From an uncultured archaeon (GTDB lineage: Archaea; Thermoproteota; Bathyarchaeia; Bathyarchaeales; Bathycorpusculaceae), in contig CAWENF010000002.1 in assembly GCA_963810275.1 (NCBI GenBank), forward strand, positions 32,001 through 96,000: 64,000 nt of DNA. Reading direction: 5' to 3'. Below are positions 50,500-61,833 of the stretch, piece by piece. Within the stretch, counting starts at the first letter, position 1, and the number at the start of each line of letters is the position of its first letter. Made by a program: the position numbers and the translations under genes. The notes under the pieces were generated by a model. That model made no database searches, had not been told where the DNA came from, and was given only the letters and a program-made list of their open reading frames with translations.

Positions 50500-51732
50500 T
50501 TGCAAATTAGCTATACTTGCAGAAAATGCAAGAAAGATTATTCCAAAGAAGAGTATTCTAAAAGCAACTTTTGCAGACACTGTGGTTCCTTTATTTTATT
50601 AACTTTTGGAGAAACTGGAAAGTCAGGGATTAATTTTAGTTCAAATGCGCCTACTGAAAAGTCTGCTCTCCAGAGGGCAGCTGAAAGCCTTAAAGAACGG
50701 GTTGACAGCTCAAGAGAGTTTGAGGTAGTCTCTGAAGCAGAAAAGCAACAAACCACTGAGCCCGCATTTGAAAGTTGGCTATGGAGTTCTGAATTTGATG
50801 CTGCCTTAGGATTCGAAAAGAAGCTTGTTAAAGAGTATAAAGGTAAAACCTTGGAAGAAGCAATCCCTGGCGAGATTGTTTCCAATGATCAGGGGGAATG
50901 CTATGCTATTTCTGATTCGTGCATTTCAGCCTTCAAAATAGCCACCTACGAAGAAAGCAGGCGATTAATAATCTCTGACCTAAAAGTGCTTCCCGGAATA
51001 GGACCAGCTAGAGAGCGGGCACTAAAACAGCAGGGGTATGGCACTATTGAAGGACTAATGAATCATCCGATTTGGAGTGATGAAGCCTCTGCGTTTATGA
51101 AAATAATTGATCAAAAGGAAATAGATTCCATGCAGAAGTGGCTTTGGCAAAGACTACCCAAATCTCATCCGTTGCTTCATTATCTTGCCGGGTTTTGTCA
51201 GGATGGAGATTTTGCAATAGTAGACATTGAAACTCTGGGGTTATCTGAGAGACCTATAATTTTATTGGGTATAGCTAAACCCCACGGAGATAAAATTTGT
51301 ACAAGCCAATTTTTGCTACGAGACATAGCTGATGAGCCTGGAGCAATCTGGGCTCTGGTTTCTCAACTTAACCCTAAACTATCTCTTATAACCTATAATG
51401 GAAGAAGCTTTGACATTCCCTACATTAAACAAAGACTCGCCTACTACGGGTTAGATTCAACTTTGGAAAATCCTCATTTTGATATTCTCCATTTTACTCG
51501 GCGTGCACTAAAACCTAAGCTCTCAGACTGCAGGCTTGACACAGTCGAACAATACATCGGCATAAAAAGAGAAATCAATATCCCCGGAGCACTTGTTCCA
51601 CACTTCTATGACACCTACATGAGAACCAAAAACGTCGGTCCACTGGTTCCCATAGTCGAACACAACAAACAAGACCTACTAACTCTTGCAAGCCTATTTT
51701 CCAAGCTCTATGAGGAATGGAACCTTGATTGA
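50500..51732 (+). CDS. DEDD/RNase H-like exonuclease (YprB/MrfB-like) with N-terminal zinc ribbon and HhH
   Basis: IVDIETLGL, TYNGRSFDIP, HFDIL, EHNKQDL; LPGIGP HhH; CRKC/CRHC. Confidence 0.85.
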   Translation: MQISYTCRKCKKDYSKEEYSKSNFCRHCGSFILLTFGETGKSGINFSSNAPTEKSALQRAAESLKERVDSSREFEVVSEAEKQQTTEPAFESWLWSSEFDAALGFEKKLVKEYKGKTLEEAIPGEIVSNDQGECYAISDSCISAFKIATYEESRRLIISDLKVLPGIGPARERALKQQGYGTIEGLMNHPIWSDEASAFMKIIDQKEIDSMQKWLWQRLPKSHPLLHYLAGFCQDGDFAIVDIETLGLSERPIILLGIAKPHGDKICTSQFLLRDIADEPGAIWALVSQLNPKLSLITYNGRSFDIPYIKQRLAYYGLDSTLENPHFDILHFTRRALKPKLSDCRLDTVEQYIGIKREINIPGALVPHFYDTYMRTKNVGPLVPIVEHNKQDLLTLASLFSKLYEEWNLD

Positions 51733-53980
51733 AGAGTTCATCAAAAACATCAAAGCGGCGTCATCTTACAAACAGCAAATCGTGCACATGCAAGAAATCC
51801 CAATCCAAGAACCTATATACGGTGACCTCGAACGTGCGCTGCCAGAAAACATCCAAAACTGCTTACTTAACAGAAAAATCAGTTTTTACTCCCATCAAGC
51901 CCAAGCCATAAACCTCGCTCGACAAGGCAAAAACGTTGTAATTGCCACCCCAACTGCTTCAGGGAAAACCTTAGCCTTCAACATACCAGTCCTTGAAGCC
52001 TTAACAAAAGACAAGAAAGCAACAGCGCTCTACCTCTACCCAACCAAGGCACTGACAAATGACCAACTAAAAGTCCTAAAAGAACTTGAAAAAGAAACAT
52101 GCATAAAAGCCAAACCCAACATCTACGATGGCGACACCCCACAAAGCCAAAGAGCAAGCATTCGCGAAAACTCAAAAATCATACTAACAAACCCTTATGG
52201 TCTGCACCATTATTTACCTTGGCACTACAAATGGCGAACTTTTCTGCAAAACCTCAGATTCATCATAATCGATGAAGCACACGTTTACCGCGGAGTCTTC
52301 GGCTCGAACGTCGCAATGCTATTTAGACGACTAACGAGAATATGCAATTATTACCACGCAGACCCTCAGTTTATTCTTTCATCAGCCACTATTGCTAATC
52401 CAGAGGAACACGCCAAACGTCTTACGGGAAAAGACTTTGAAGTCATCTCAACTGACGGCGCACCGAGAGGAAAAAAGACAGTCATGTTTTGGAACCCACC
52501 CTTCATAGATTACAACAATACAATTCGCCGATCCACCCATCAAGAAACCAAAGACCTCCTGACACTTAGTGTTATGAGAAACCTCCAGACTCTCTGCTTT
52601 ACTACATCAAGACAAATGGCTGAACTAATCACAAAATGGACCAAAGAAGAGCTCAAACAGCGATCCCCAAGACTCCAAAACCGTGTTACATCCTACAGAG
52701 CAGGCTACCTTCCACAAGAGAGAAGACAAATCGAGAACCGACTAAAAAACAAAGAACTAATATGCGTCGTCTCAACCAACGCTTTGGAACTGGGAATAGA
52801 CATAGGCTCGTTGGATTCCGTCATAATTTCAGGTTATCCAGGAACAGTTATTTCAACTTGGCAACAAGCTGGAAGAGCCGGGAGAACAAACTCGGACTCA
52901 ATTGTAACTCTTGTAGCCTTCCAAAACCCACTGGACCAATACTTCATGAAACACCCCCAAGCTTTCTTTGGGCGCCCCCACGAACAAGCCATAATTGATT
53001 TGCATAACCAGCATATTTCTTTGGGACACATAATGTGTGCAGCCAGTGAGCTGCCCTTAGCAGAAAGTGACAGCAAATACTTCCCAGAACTTTTCTCAGA
53101 TAGCATCCAAGCATTAGAAGAGCAACATCTTGTCAGAAACACACCAAGAGGATGGGTCTACTCAGGAACAGCAAGACCAGTCGAGATGGTTAACCTAGAA
53201 AGCATATCAGGCAAAAACGTTACCGTCCTTGAAAATGGAAGCATACTTGAAACTTTAACTCTAAACAAAGCCTATGAAGAAGCCCATGCAGGCGCAGTGT
53301 TGCTACATCAGGGTGAAACCTACATTTCCGAAGAACTAAACCTTGCAGATTTTACAGCTAAAGTCAGAAAAAAAGACGTCAACTACTATACCGAGGCTCT
53401 AAAAAACATTGATGTTGCCATCAAAAAACCATTTGAAGAAAAAGAAGACAAAGTCAAAATTGGCCTTGGAGAATTAACAATAACCGAAGACTACACCACC
53501 TACGTAACAAAAACATACGATGAAGTAATCAAACGAGAACCACTTAACTTGCCCCCTCTAACTTTCTCAACTGTGGGTATGTGGTTTTTTATTCCAGACA
53601 AACTCAGAGCAGAAATCGAAGCTCAAAAACTCGATTTTGATGGGGGGCTTCATGCGGTTGAGCATGCGATGATTGCTATGTCGCCGATATTTGCCATGTG
53701 TGACCGATGGGATATTGGGGGATTATCAACTCCGCTTCATCCTGACACTGGACAACCAACAATCTTCATCTATGACGGATTTGAGGGCGGAATCGGAATA
53801 TCCGAGAACCTCTATTCAAACATTAACCCCCTATGGAAAAAAACACTTGCATTAATAGAGAACTGCGAATGCAAAGACGGATGTCCTTCATGCATTTACT
53901 CGCCAAAATGTGGCAACGAAAATGAACCGTTAGATAAAAAAGCAGCAATCATCATTTTACGACATCTCATTTCTAAATAA
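51725..53980 (+). CDS. DEAH helicase with DUF1998 (YprA/MrfA/Hrq1-like)
   Basis: TPTASGKT, YPTKAL, DEAH, SAT, ELGIDIG, QQAGRAGR, C.C..GCPSC. Confidence 0.93.
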   Translation: MIEEFIKNIKAASSYKQQIVHMQEIPIQEPIYGDLERALPENIQNCLLNRKISFYSHQAQAINLARQGKNVVIATPTASGKTLAFNIPVLEALTKDKKATALYLYPTKALTNDQLKVLKELEKETCIKAKPNIYDGDTPQSQRASIRENSKIILTNPYGLHHYLPWHYKWRTFLQNLRFIIIDEAHVYRGVFGSNVAMLFRRLTRICNYYHADPQFILSSATIANPEEHAKRLTGKDFEVISTDGAPRGKKTVMFWNPPFIDYNNTIRRSTHQETKDLLTLSVMRNLQTLCFTTSRQMAELITKWTKEELKQRSPRLQNRVTSYRAGYLPQERRQIENRLKNKELICVVSTNALELGIDIGSLDSVIISGYPGTVISTWQQAGRAGRTNSDSIVTLVAFQNPLDQYFMKHPQAFFGRPHEQAIIDLHNQHISLGHIMCAASELPLAESDSKYFPELFSDSIQALEEQHLVRNTPRGWVYSGTARPVEMVNLESISGKNVTVLENGSILETLTLNKAYEEAHAGAVLLHQGETYISEELNLADFTAKVRKKDVNYYTEALKNIDVAIKKPFEEKEDKVKIGLGELTITEDYTTYVTKTYDEVIKREPLNLPPLTFSTVGMWFFIPDKLRAEIEAQKLDFDGGLHAVEHAMIAMSPIFAMCDRWDIGGLSTPLHPDTGQPTIFIYDGFEGGIGISENLYSNINPLWKKTLALIENCECKDGCPSCIYSPKCGNENEPLDKKAAIIILRHLISK

Positions 53981-54121
53981 ACCTTCCTAAAACAAAGAAG
54001 GGATCATGTCGTTGTGAGTGCTTAATAATTGCTTAGTTTGATTGAACTCTGCTTCAAGAACCTTATACATTGATAACAGTTTAGAAAACCTACATTTCCA
54101 AAATGGGAATAAGCGTTAAGT

Positions 54122-54274
54122 ATGAAAAACGTTTTCAGAATAATTATGGTCTGTTTAGAAGTAACCAATAAGTGCAAATGTGGCTCGGAGATTACTGAAA
54201 TGAAAGTTAAAGATGGGCATGTATTGGTTTGTTGTGTTAGATGTGGCAAGATTCGTTACAAATCATGGGGTTAA
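54122..54274 (+). CDS. Small Cys-rich zinc-ribbon microprotein, not in the ORF track
   Basis: ...MVCLEVTNKCKCGSEITEMKVKDGHVLVCCVRCGKIRYKSWG*. Confidence 0.5.
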   Translation: MKNVFRIIMVCLEVTNKCKCGSEITEMKVKDGHVLVCCVRCGKIRYKSWG

Positions 54275-54356
54275 AAAGCCTATCGTATTCTTCAAATAAG
54301 AAAAGTAGCTGGAACTGATCCGCAAATGGAGCAAGTATGAACATGCTTATTTAACC

Positions 54357-54569
54357 CTATTCGTTGGTTCTTTGCCATAAAAGTGCAGAAACAAAACTAA
54401 GAACAAAAGCGGCTTCAGTTACATAGTCAAGTCGAATAGGTAACCACCAGGCTAAACCCCAATAAACTGAGTCAGGATTAACAAATTGAAAAGTAACTCC
54501 ATAAACCCAGACGGCAAAAGAATATAGACAAGATACCTTCCAAACATATCTTGGGATATGGACCAACAA
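54357..54569 (-). CDS. Small 2-TM membrane protein
   Basis: Two hydrophobic Trp-rich segments. Confidence 0.5.
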   Translation of the reverse strand: MLVHIPRYVWKVSCLYSFAVWVYGVTFQFVNPDSVYWGLAWWLPIRLDYVTEAAFVLSFVSALLWQRTNE

Positions 54570-54783
54570 ACCTTCCTCTTGTTCTTCTTATGTATGACTC
54601 TTCGATATAAACACTGCAAATGTATCATTAGAGAAGAAGCAATAGTGGCGGTTTAGAAGCTGAAGCTGGGTTTGCTGAGGCTTTATGCGCCTAAAATTAA
54701 GGAGAAAAAAGAAATGCATGAAACACATAGCAATAGCGCATGCGTAAAACTTAGCCGATTCCTCAGTTGCGAATATCGGAAAA

Positions 54784-55245
54784 TTATTGAGCGCTTGTTA
54801 TAATAATATTGAAGTTGAAACCGGTTATTTCTGTAACATTTGCGACGTTCAATGTTAGTATAATGGGGATCACTTCGTTTGCTTGTATTTTTTGATTTGC
54901 GTAATTCCATTCTAGACTTATGTAATTTGACGCGGCTATAGGATTCCATTTTGAAGTTGATAGTGATAGAGTGCATGTGCATGATTTTTCGTTTCTTATG
55001 TAAATAGTCTGGTTAACGTTTGACCCTGCATTTATTGTTCCCCATGAGATTTGCTGGATGCTTTCTTTGCATGACTTATCTTGATAGAGGCCGAAACCTG
55101 CTGCATCTATATTTCCAGCTTGGGTAGCGGGCAAAATGAGAGACATTATAATAATTGTGATTAAGCTGACCAGTAGGATTAAGTATACTGCTGCAGAGAA
55201 GGCTCTCAACTTTGATTGTGCTGTTATGGTTTTGTTCTTTGGCAT
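54784..55245 (-). CDS. Membrane-anchored secreted beta-sandwich protein
   Basis: TM helix followed by ISWG...IYIRNE...W.P...FNFNIII. Confidence 0.7.
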   Translation of the reverse strand: MPKNKTITAQSKLRAFSAAVYLILLVSLITIIIMSLILPATQAGNIDAAGFGLYQDKSCKESIQQISWGTINAGSNVNQTIYIRNEKSCTCTLSLSTSKWNPIAASNYISLEWNYANQKIQANEVIPIILTLNVANVTEITGFNFNIIITSAQ

Positions 55246-55411
55246 AAAGAATCATATATAACATATTGAGAAATAATACATAAGAGATTGTTGTAGCTTC
55301 AGCACACCCACAATCGCAAACTTGCTGCACACACCCACATCACATACCTTTTTTGCGAGCCAGAAAACATTATAAAAAGCAATAAAAAAAGAAAGCCCGG
55401 GAATGGCTGCT

Positions 55412-55720
55412 TTATCGCCATGCCCAGCATGGACCATATCCATAACCGTAGCCGTAGCTACTATAGCCGTAGCCACCCTGATAAGGTGCAGGGACGGTTG
55501 CGTTAACTCCAGCTGAAGGCTGACCTTGGTATTCTTGAGTTGATCCATACCCAAAGCAGCTACTCACCCAACCCCAAAACCCATTGTCTGACACTTGAGT
55601 AATAGGTGCTGTGTTTGTGTATGTTTGGTTTTGTACTACCTGGGCTGCTGCCAACCCAACCAGCGCCAAAGTTAACGCCGCCATAGCGGCCAAAACGATC
55701 ACGATTTTAGTTTTCTGCAT
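55412..55720 (-). CDS. Secreted small protein with Gly-Tyr-rich C-terminus
   Basis: Signal peptide; GGYGYSSYGYGYGYGPCW. Confidence 0.7.
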   Translation of the reverse strand: MQKTKIVIVLAAMAALTLALVGLAAAQVVQNQTYTNTAPITQVSDNGFWGWVSSCFGYGSTQEYQGQPSAGVNATVPAPYQGGYGYSSYGYGYGYGPCWAWR

Positions 55721-56086
55721 TCTATTTCATCATCATATACTAATATAGTCATAGATTGGTATAGTAGTTGCCCGAAACAAAACTGAAACAGTCTGAAACT
55801 TTAACGCAATACTTAAAAAAATTAAAGATTTTGCGCACCCAAACTATCATGATCAAATTTTACATTTCTTATGGATTACATACGAACCGCTCACTATAAT
55901 GAGCTCACCAATAACAATAGGCTTACCACACTTAAAACAAAAAACAACACCTCTACTATGAAGACGAATCAATCACTTTTATGAGCTACACACGTTAAGG
56001 TCAAACAGAAACCCTCTCAACCCAAATTCTGCAACTTTTAAAGAAACTAAAAAAGGGAGGGAAAAATTTTCCCATTGATTTTTCAC

Positions 56087-58628
56087 TTATGGTCGTTTTC
56101 TCTGAGCTATCAGAAGGACTGCTGCGACAACGATGATTAGCACTATTATAGCGGTTGACATTGGGATGAAGTATTGGTCAGCCATTGATACTGGTGGAGC
56201 AGCGGTTGGTGCTGGAGTTGCCGGCGCTGGATCAACTACAAATGCTGAAACAGCTTGCGAACTGTAATAAGATTCAGATCCTGCAAATGTTGCATATAAT
56301 GTGTATTTTCCTTCGATTTCAGGAGTCCAATTGTAGCTGTAGAATCCTTCTGCATCACTCGTGGTTGTACCGATTGTGCGGTAGTTGCCGTTTGAATCTA
56401 GTACAGCAAGTGTTACTTCAACGCCAGTTGCGTTTGTAGGCTTAATTTGCTGTTGGTAGGCGTATTCCATCCATGCTTCCATGCTATCGTCAGAGACAGC
56501 TGGAAGTCCGTTTGGAAAGCGTGTTGTGATTATATCCTGTGACGTCCCACCAGATGTGTCGATGACTGTGCCCTCTATTAGTACGCTGCTGCCCTCTACT
56601 GAAACCTTCGGAGATGCTGAAACTGTGGTTGCTGTTGGTCCCTTGCCAAAGCTATATATCTGGTTATCAAAGCTGTCCCATGAAATCAAATAGCCGTCGC
56701 CTATGATACCAACACATGTGCTGCTGTATTGTAATATTCGCCATACTAGACTTCCATCAGTGCAGTTTATTGCGAGTCGATAGGATGGGTGTAGCGGTGG
56801 AGTGTACATGATACCTTCTGAGAGGAACAGTTTACCGTCTGCAACACTGTGTGCATTGTAGCCGAAAATTGGGTAGCTTTCGAAGGGGGTATCAAAGCCA
56901 GCATCGCCAGCATAAAATGTCCAAGCGATCTCTCCGGTTTCAAGGTCGATTGCATTTACGTAGCCTCCTAGGTCAAAGACGTATACTTTGCCGTAAGCAA
57001 TTTCACCATCACGCCAAACAGAACTGTCGCCGCCTCCTTGTAGTTCAACTGGGCCCCATAATTTTTGGCCGGTTGTTAGACTATAGCCCCATGCTAAGTC
57101 TCTATCTTTGTTATGCATGACGTAGTAGCCTTCGCGTGCGCACAGTATGCTTGTGTCTTCATATTGGGGTAATGTTTGGTTTATTGGTCCCCATAGTTTA
57201 GCGCCTGTTCTTGCATCGTAGCCTGCAACGTAGTGATAGCCAAGTGTGAATCCTTGATAAGAAACTGCTCCTGGCACTTGTCGCATGAGTATTACTTCAG
57301 GTGTTACTGCGGCAATGCTGAGTGTTATATTGTCACCGTTGAATGTGGTTGGAAGCGGTGTTTGCCACTCTGTCATTCGGGGATCAGAGCCGTTGATTGT
57401 GCCACTTGCGCGAATGAATGTGCCTGATGGATATTAATTTGGTGTAGTTGTACATGCAGAGATTGCCATCAGAAACGTAGTAGCCGATTATTGCTCCTTG
57501 CAGATCTGATTGAGTATCGATTAGCCTGCTTGTCCTAATAGTGTCAGTAACGTTTGCCAAAAAGTTTCCAGTGTATGCATCGTATATTCCCATCCAGTTC
57601 GCTGCACTGGCGAAGGTTCCGCCTGTTCCCGGTGAACTATATAGGAATGCGTTTGATCCGAACTCTTGATAGTTATTGTAGTTTACTATTTGACCCCATG
57701 CAATGGTCTCAATGCCTGATTTGCCCAAAGGTTTGTCCCATAGCACTTCTCCTGTAGTGAACGTCTACGGCTCTCCAGCCTATCGCGATTAGAATTTGGA
57801 CTGCCATCATATACATTATAATAGAGTATTCCGTTGAGGATACATATTGGGTTAAAGTACGTTTGAATTAGCGAGACCGAACTGTATGCAGTGGATGAAT
57901 CGCTTGCTATGGGTGATCCTGGTTGACCTCCGAATTGAGTTGGTTTTGTCCAAACGATGTGAGCAGAGTTTGGTGCTGGACCATCTGGCAAGACGTTTCC
58001 ACTCGCATCATATCCACCAGAGCCGGCTACTCCAAACCAGTTAGCTCCTATTTGTCCCCATTGCCAGTTAGTTGCAAATATTGGGCGTACCCAGTATTCA
58101 GTTGGAAGCGGAGGAGTTTGATATATTGGGTTTACTTCATCTTCAGTTACTGTCAGAGTCTTTATGCTACTTTCAGATGGCAACATATTCACTCCCAATC
58201 AGATCTCGACTGTTTCGACTTAGGGTGGGATTATCTGGATTAGTGCCTGTTAATACTTGTCCAGGATAAAAGGCTTGCAAAGTGTAATTGCCGACTGTAT
58301 CGGGTGTGAAACTATAAATTACACCTGCAACTGGGCTTGCCATCCATGGTCCATAAGTGCTTTTTTGTCCATTAGGGTCTGTTATTTCGAGAGTTATGCC
58401 TTCATAGAGATCGCCGGTGTAACCCCCGCCGGTGGGTGTGGGTTTGCTAAAAGTGATGCCAATATAAACGCTTTGTCCAACGCCTACAGGGTCAGGTGAA
58501 GCTGTGATAAATAAGAAGGTTGGAATTTCAATAGCCTGTGTAGGAGTAAAAGTTGCCGCAGCAGAAAGCGTCAATAGCAGAATTAAAGCAATAGTAAAAA
58601 GTTTGTTTTTTTCATTCAAAATTTTCAT
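56087..58628 (-). CDS. PQQ-binding-like beta-propeller surface protein, split into four ORFs by apparent frameshifts
   Basis: Signal peptide, P.PVGVGQ, LPTEYWVRPI, HIVWTKP, repeated D..TG..LW, YSFGKGP, C-terminal TM + RKRP. Confidence 0.85.
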
Positions 58629-58876
58629 TCTCCATTTATTTTAGTCTATAATGTATAGACCTTTTCTCATTTCCAAAGATACTCTAATAAAATCTTGTTT
58701 TAATAGTCTAATAATACAGAGAGAACGATAAACGTGATATCATTACTGAGTGGTTGCATTTTGCCTAAAGATACGGTTGTCTTTTCTAGAAAAGAATTTT
58801 TAAATCGATCTCATAGCAAGCTATCATTAGTTAATTTAATATATTCAAATTAACGATAGAAAGTTGGGGAGTTTTA

Positions 58877-59695
58877 TTGCAGAATTCAGAAAATGAGATG
58901 AATGCAAAAATACCACCCTTTACGAAGAACGAAGGCTTACAATATTTAATCCAAATTGGCCTAACCCGATTACAGGCCAAAGTATACCTTAATCTTTTGC
59001 TTTATGGCAAAGCTGAAGCTCGTATTATCGCCTATTGGGCAAGCGCCCCAAGAACAGAAGTCTATAGAGCATTGAATGAACTTCAGGAAAACGGCTTGGT
59101 TGATAGAGAGTTAGGTAGCCCGTTAAAGTTTACGGCGGTTCCTCCTTCCATGGGATTACAGGTATTTATTGATCGAAAACTTCATGCAATTAACCAACAA
59201 CAAAGAATTTTAGAAAAATTTTCTCTAGAGGTTAATTGCAGCCAAGAAAATACCGAAGAAAGAGAATACAAAATAATTTCAATCGAAGGAAAGAGAAGAA
59301 TTATAGAAAAAATCAAGCAGCAACATGACGATGCTAGATCATCGGTTGATATTGTATCATATTTACCAAGATTTCTTCACATTGCCAATCACTGCATGGA
59401 AAATTACAACCAAGCCATAAAAAGAGGTGTAAAATATAGAATAATACTTGGAATACCTAACAACTTGCAAGACCTACCTCCTGAAATAAAAAAGGCACAT
59501 AACAACGAAAACACTACAATAAAAAAAATTGCGGGGTGTTTACGATTAAACTCAGCGATTTACGATAAAAAACAAATAAACTTCAGCTACTACCCCGATA
59601 GAAATATTTTAGAATCGCCACTAATAATAACTAACCATCCATGCATCGTTGGTTTTGCGCTAAACTCATTTCAAAAAATGTGGGATTTAAATTGA
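58877..59695 (+). CDS. TrmB-family transcriptional regulator
   Basis: GLTRLQAKVYL, RTEVYRALNEL..GLV..P.KF.AVPP. Confidence 0.88.
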   Translation: MQNSENEMNAKIPPFTKNEGLQYLIQIGLTRLQAKVYLNLLLYGKAEARIIAYWASAPRTEVYRALNELQENGLVDRELGSPLKFTAVPPSMGLQVFIDRKLHAINQQQRILEKFSLEVNCSQENTEEREYKIISIEGKRRIIEKIKQQHDDARSSVDIVSYLPRFLHIANHCMENYNQAIKRGVKYRIILGIPNNLQDLPPEIKKAHNNENTTIKKIAGCLRLNSAIYDKKQINFSYYPDRNILESPLIITNHPCIVGFALNSFQKMWDLN

Positions 59696-59968
59696 GATCC
59701 AGTAGCTTGTGTCCACACTTCTCTAATATTACTTTATCAGACTTGGCGTTTAAATTCAAGATAGCAGCATGCTACCATACATTTTAACTGAACCACTTAG
59801 CATTAACAAATTCCACCTGCTTCAGCGATAATAAACTTGAACCCAACTTTTTCCTTTAATTGATTTAATAGCTCCAACTTCAAATTCTATTAACCCAGCT
59901 ACAGAATCGTTACCTTTCCATCCTTCTTTTATGCGGTCATACATCCAATTTGATTGTCAATATCGTAT

Positions 59969-61388
59969 TCATCTCGAGATGACAGTTAAGAATGGTTCTT
60001 GCTCCATCTGCACGGTTGCAAACACCGCTAACGCAATGCTCCAAAAGACATCGTCATGGGTGCCGTTAGGATGCGAGTACCCTATTGTCTTGTCCTTACG
60101 TAAGTCATAACGTTCAACATTTAACTCAGCGCAGAGGTCACCTCTGTAAGGTCGCTCCCAGCTAAGCAACGGATAGTAAAATTGCTTGTTCAACATGCGC
60201 TGCTTAAGCAAACTCGCCATTTCACTCTTGCGAGACACACTAAAGTTTACACCCTCAGCGTTATCTATCCCAGCCGTTTCCATGTCAGCAATAATAGACG
60301 GCCCTTCCCGAGTGAAATCAACTCTGATTTTCTGAAAGCCACCCCACCTATCCTGAAGCGCTTTGAGGTAACCAAGAACTTGAGCATAGAGTGTTGGCTG
60401 CTGAAAAATCTTAAGGTGCCTGAGAAACAGCTTATCATTTAGGCGTTCAACTACTGAGAGAACACAGTAATCTCGGGTTTGCGCCAAGTCAAGCCCAGCA
60501 AAAAACTCCCCTTCAAAGCTAGCTTCAGGGTTGAACTCCTGCAAATCAGCGCCGCAATTTTTGACCGTACCCACGCAAGCCACAATCAAACTTTGAGAAA
60601 GCCAAACATCTTCATCCTCAACCCACTCAGCTTCCATTTCCCGACTCCAACGCTGCGGATCATCACCGAACTGACGCTTAATCTTCTCAACAATCGCAAG
60701 CTTAAGCGGACCATTAGGTTCAAGGGCATCACTCCATCGAACATGCGATCTGGCGAAATCAGAATAAGTCTTTGTGGTTGCACATCTTCCAAAACAGCGA
60801 ATCTGTATTCCAAGGAGTTGATGTTGCGATTAGTTTGCCGTCAGTTGTCCCAAGCGTAAACAGGATAGCATCATAAAGCTCCTCGTCATCAGGCACGAAG
60901 TTAGCTTCTTCAATCCAGATAACCTTGAATGTAGGTCCTCTGATTGTATCAGGATTGTTGGGGAAGGCTTCAATCATACTGCCATTTGGCAGACTAATCT
61001 TTGTTTTCTGGATGTGCAAGCCGGGTTGCTGCGGAAGCTTTCGACAGAAACCGCCCATGCGGCGTATGTTGAGTTTGGTTTGGCGCCAGCTTGGACCAAC
61101 AATAGCTATGTAGCTGTCGTGGTGCTCCCAGGCATACTTGAGAAGTAGAGCAGAAACCGAAAAGCTCTTCCCGGTTTGACGTGCCCAACGCACAGCTGTA
61201 AACTGATTTTTCTCAAACATATTCGCAAGCTCAAGTTGATAGCTGTAAGGCGTAAACCCAAAGACTTGTTCAAAGAAGCTCTTAACATCGCCCCGTAAGC
61301 TTTTGGCTTTGCACTCAGTCTGCTGTTGAGCTTCCGCTATATCACACCAAAGCCCCGCACGCTCCTCAAAGAGCCTATCTTTATGCAT
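59969..61388 (-). CDS. Terminase large subunit (ATPase + RNase H-like nuclease), apparent frameshift near 60768
   Basis: PYSYQ, Walker A WARQTGKS, Walker B IWIEEA, STP, nuclease GLDLAQTRD and HDDVFWSIAL. Confidence 0.88.
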
Positions 61389-61833
61389 TGCCCTCGCACT
61401 TTTTGCATAATTCCGCAATTTTTTCTCTCGCATCCAGCAATTCCTCTTCAAGTTCACGATAACGCACGTACTCGGCGAACAGTTCCTGATACATTTTAGC
61501 ACCAGCTATAATGCCACGTAAACGTAAAATCTCAATTCGATCCAGCCCCGGCATCTTTAGAGCCTCCAAAGCCGCAGCCAACATCTTTAGAGTCTCCTCG
61601 ATGCTGGGCAACTCTTTTGGGATTTCAAGTTGGGTAGAACAACAACAAGTAGAATTTTTTGGATGTTGTTGTTCTCTCACAAGCCCCAATTTTATAAGCT
61701 TTTGCCGAATCGCCTCTTCCGTATATTCCCCATCAAAACTAAACGCTAAAACACCAAAATCAATTATCCCCGAACTAAACCAATCCCTGAGTCTACGTTC
61801 ATCATCTACAGGCCAGGGTTTGCCCTTTGTCAC
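61381..61833 (-). CDS. Hypothetical HTH/coiled-coil protein upstream of the terminase (possible small subunit)
   Basis: KGKPW..EEAIRQKL, LPSIEE, C-terminal coiled coil; overlaps the terminase start. Confidence 0.7.
   Translation of the reverse strand: MTKGKPWPVDDERRLRDWFSSGIIDFGVLAFSFDGEYTEEAIRQKLIKLGLVREQQHPKNSTCCCSTQLEIPKELPSIEETLKMLAAALEALKMPGLDRIEILRLRGIIAGAKMYQELFAEYVRYRELEEELLDAREKIAELCKKCEGNA

Noticed and set aside
51725-53980. DISARM or Druantia defence system
   Set aside because: No methylase, PLD, SNF2 or other partner genes; the partner is a YprB-like exonuclease.
690-60780. Programmed frameshifting or phase variation as the cause of the split genes
   Set aside because: The genes are unrelated, there are no common slippery heptamers or long tracts, and the defect is nearly always an extra A/T, so an artefact is more parsimonious.
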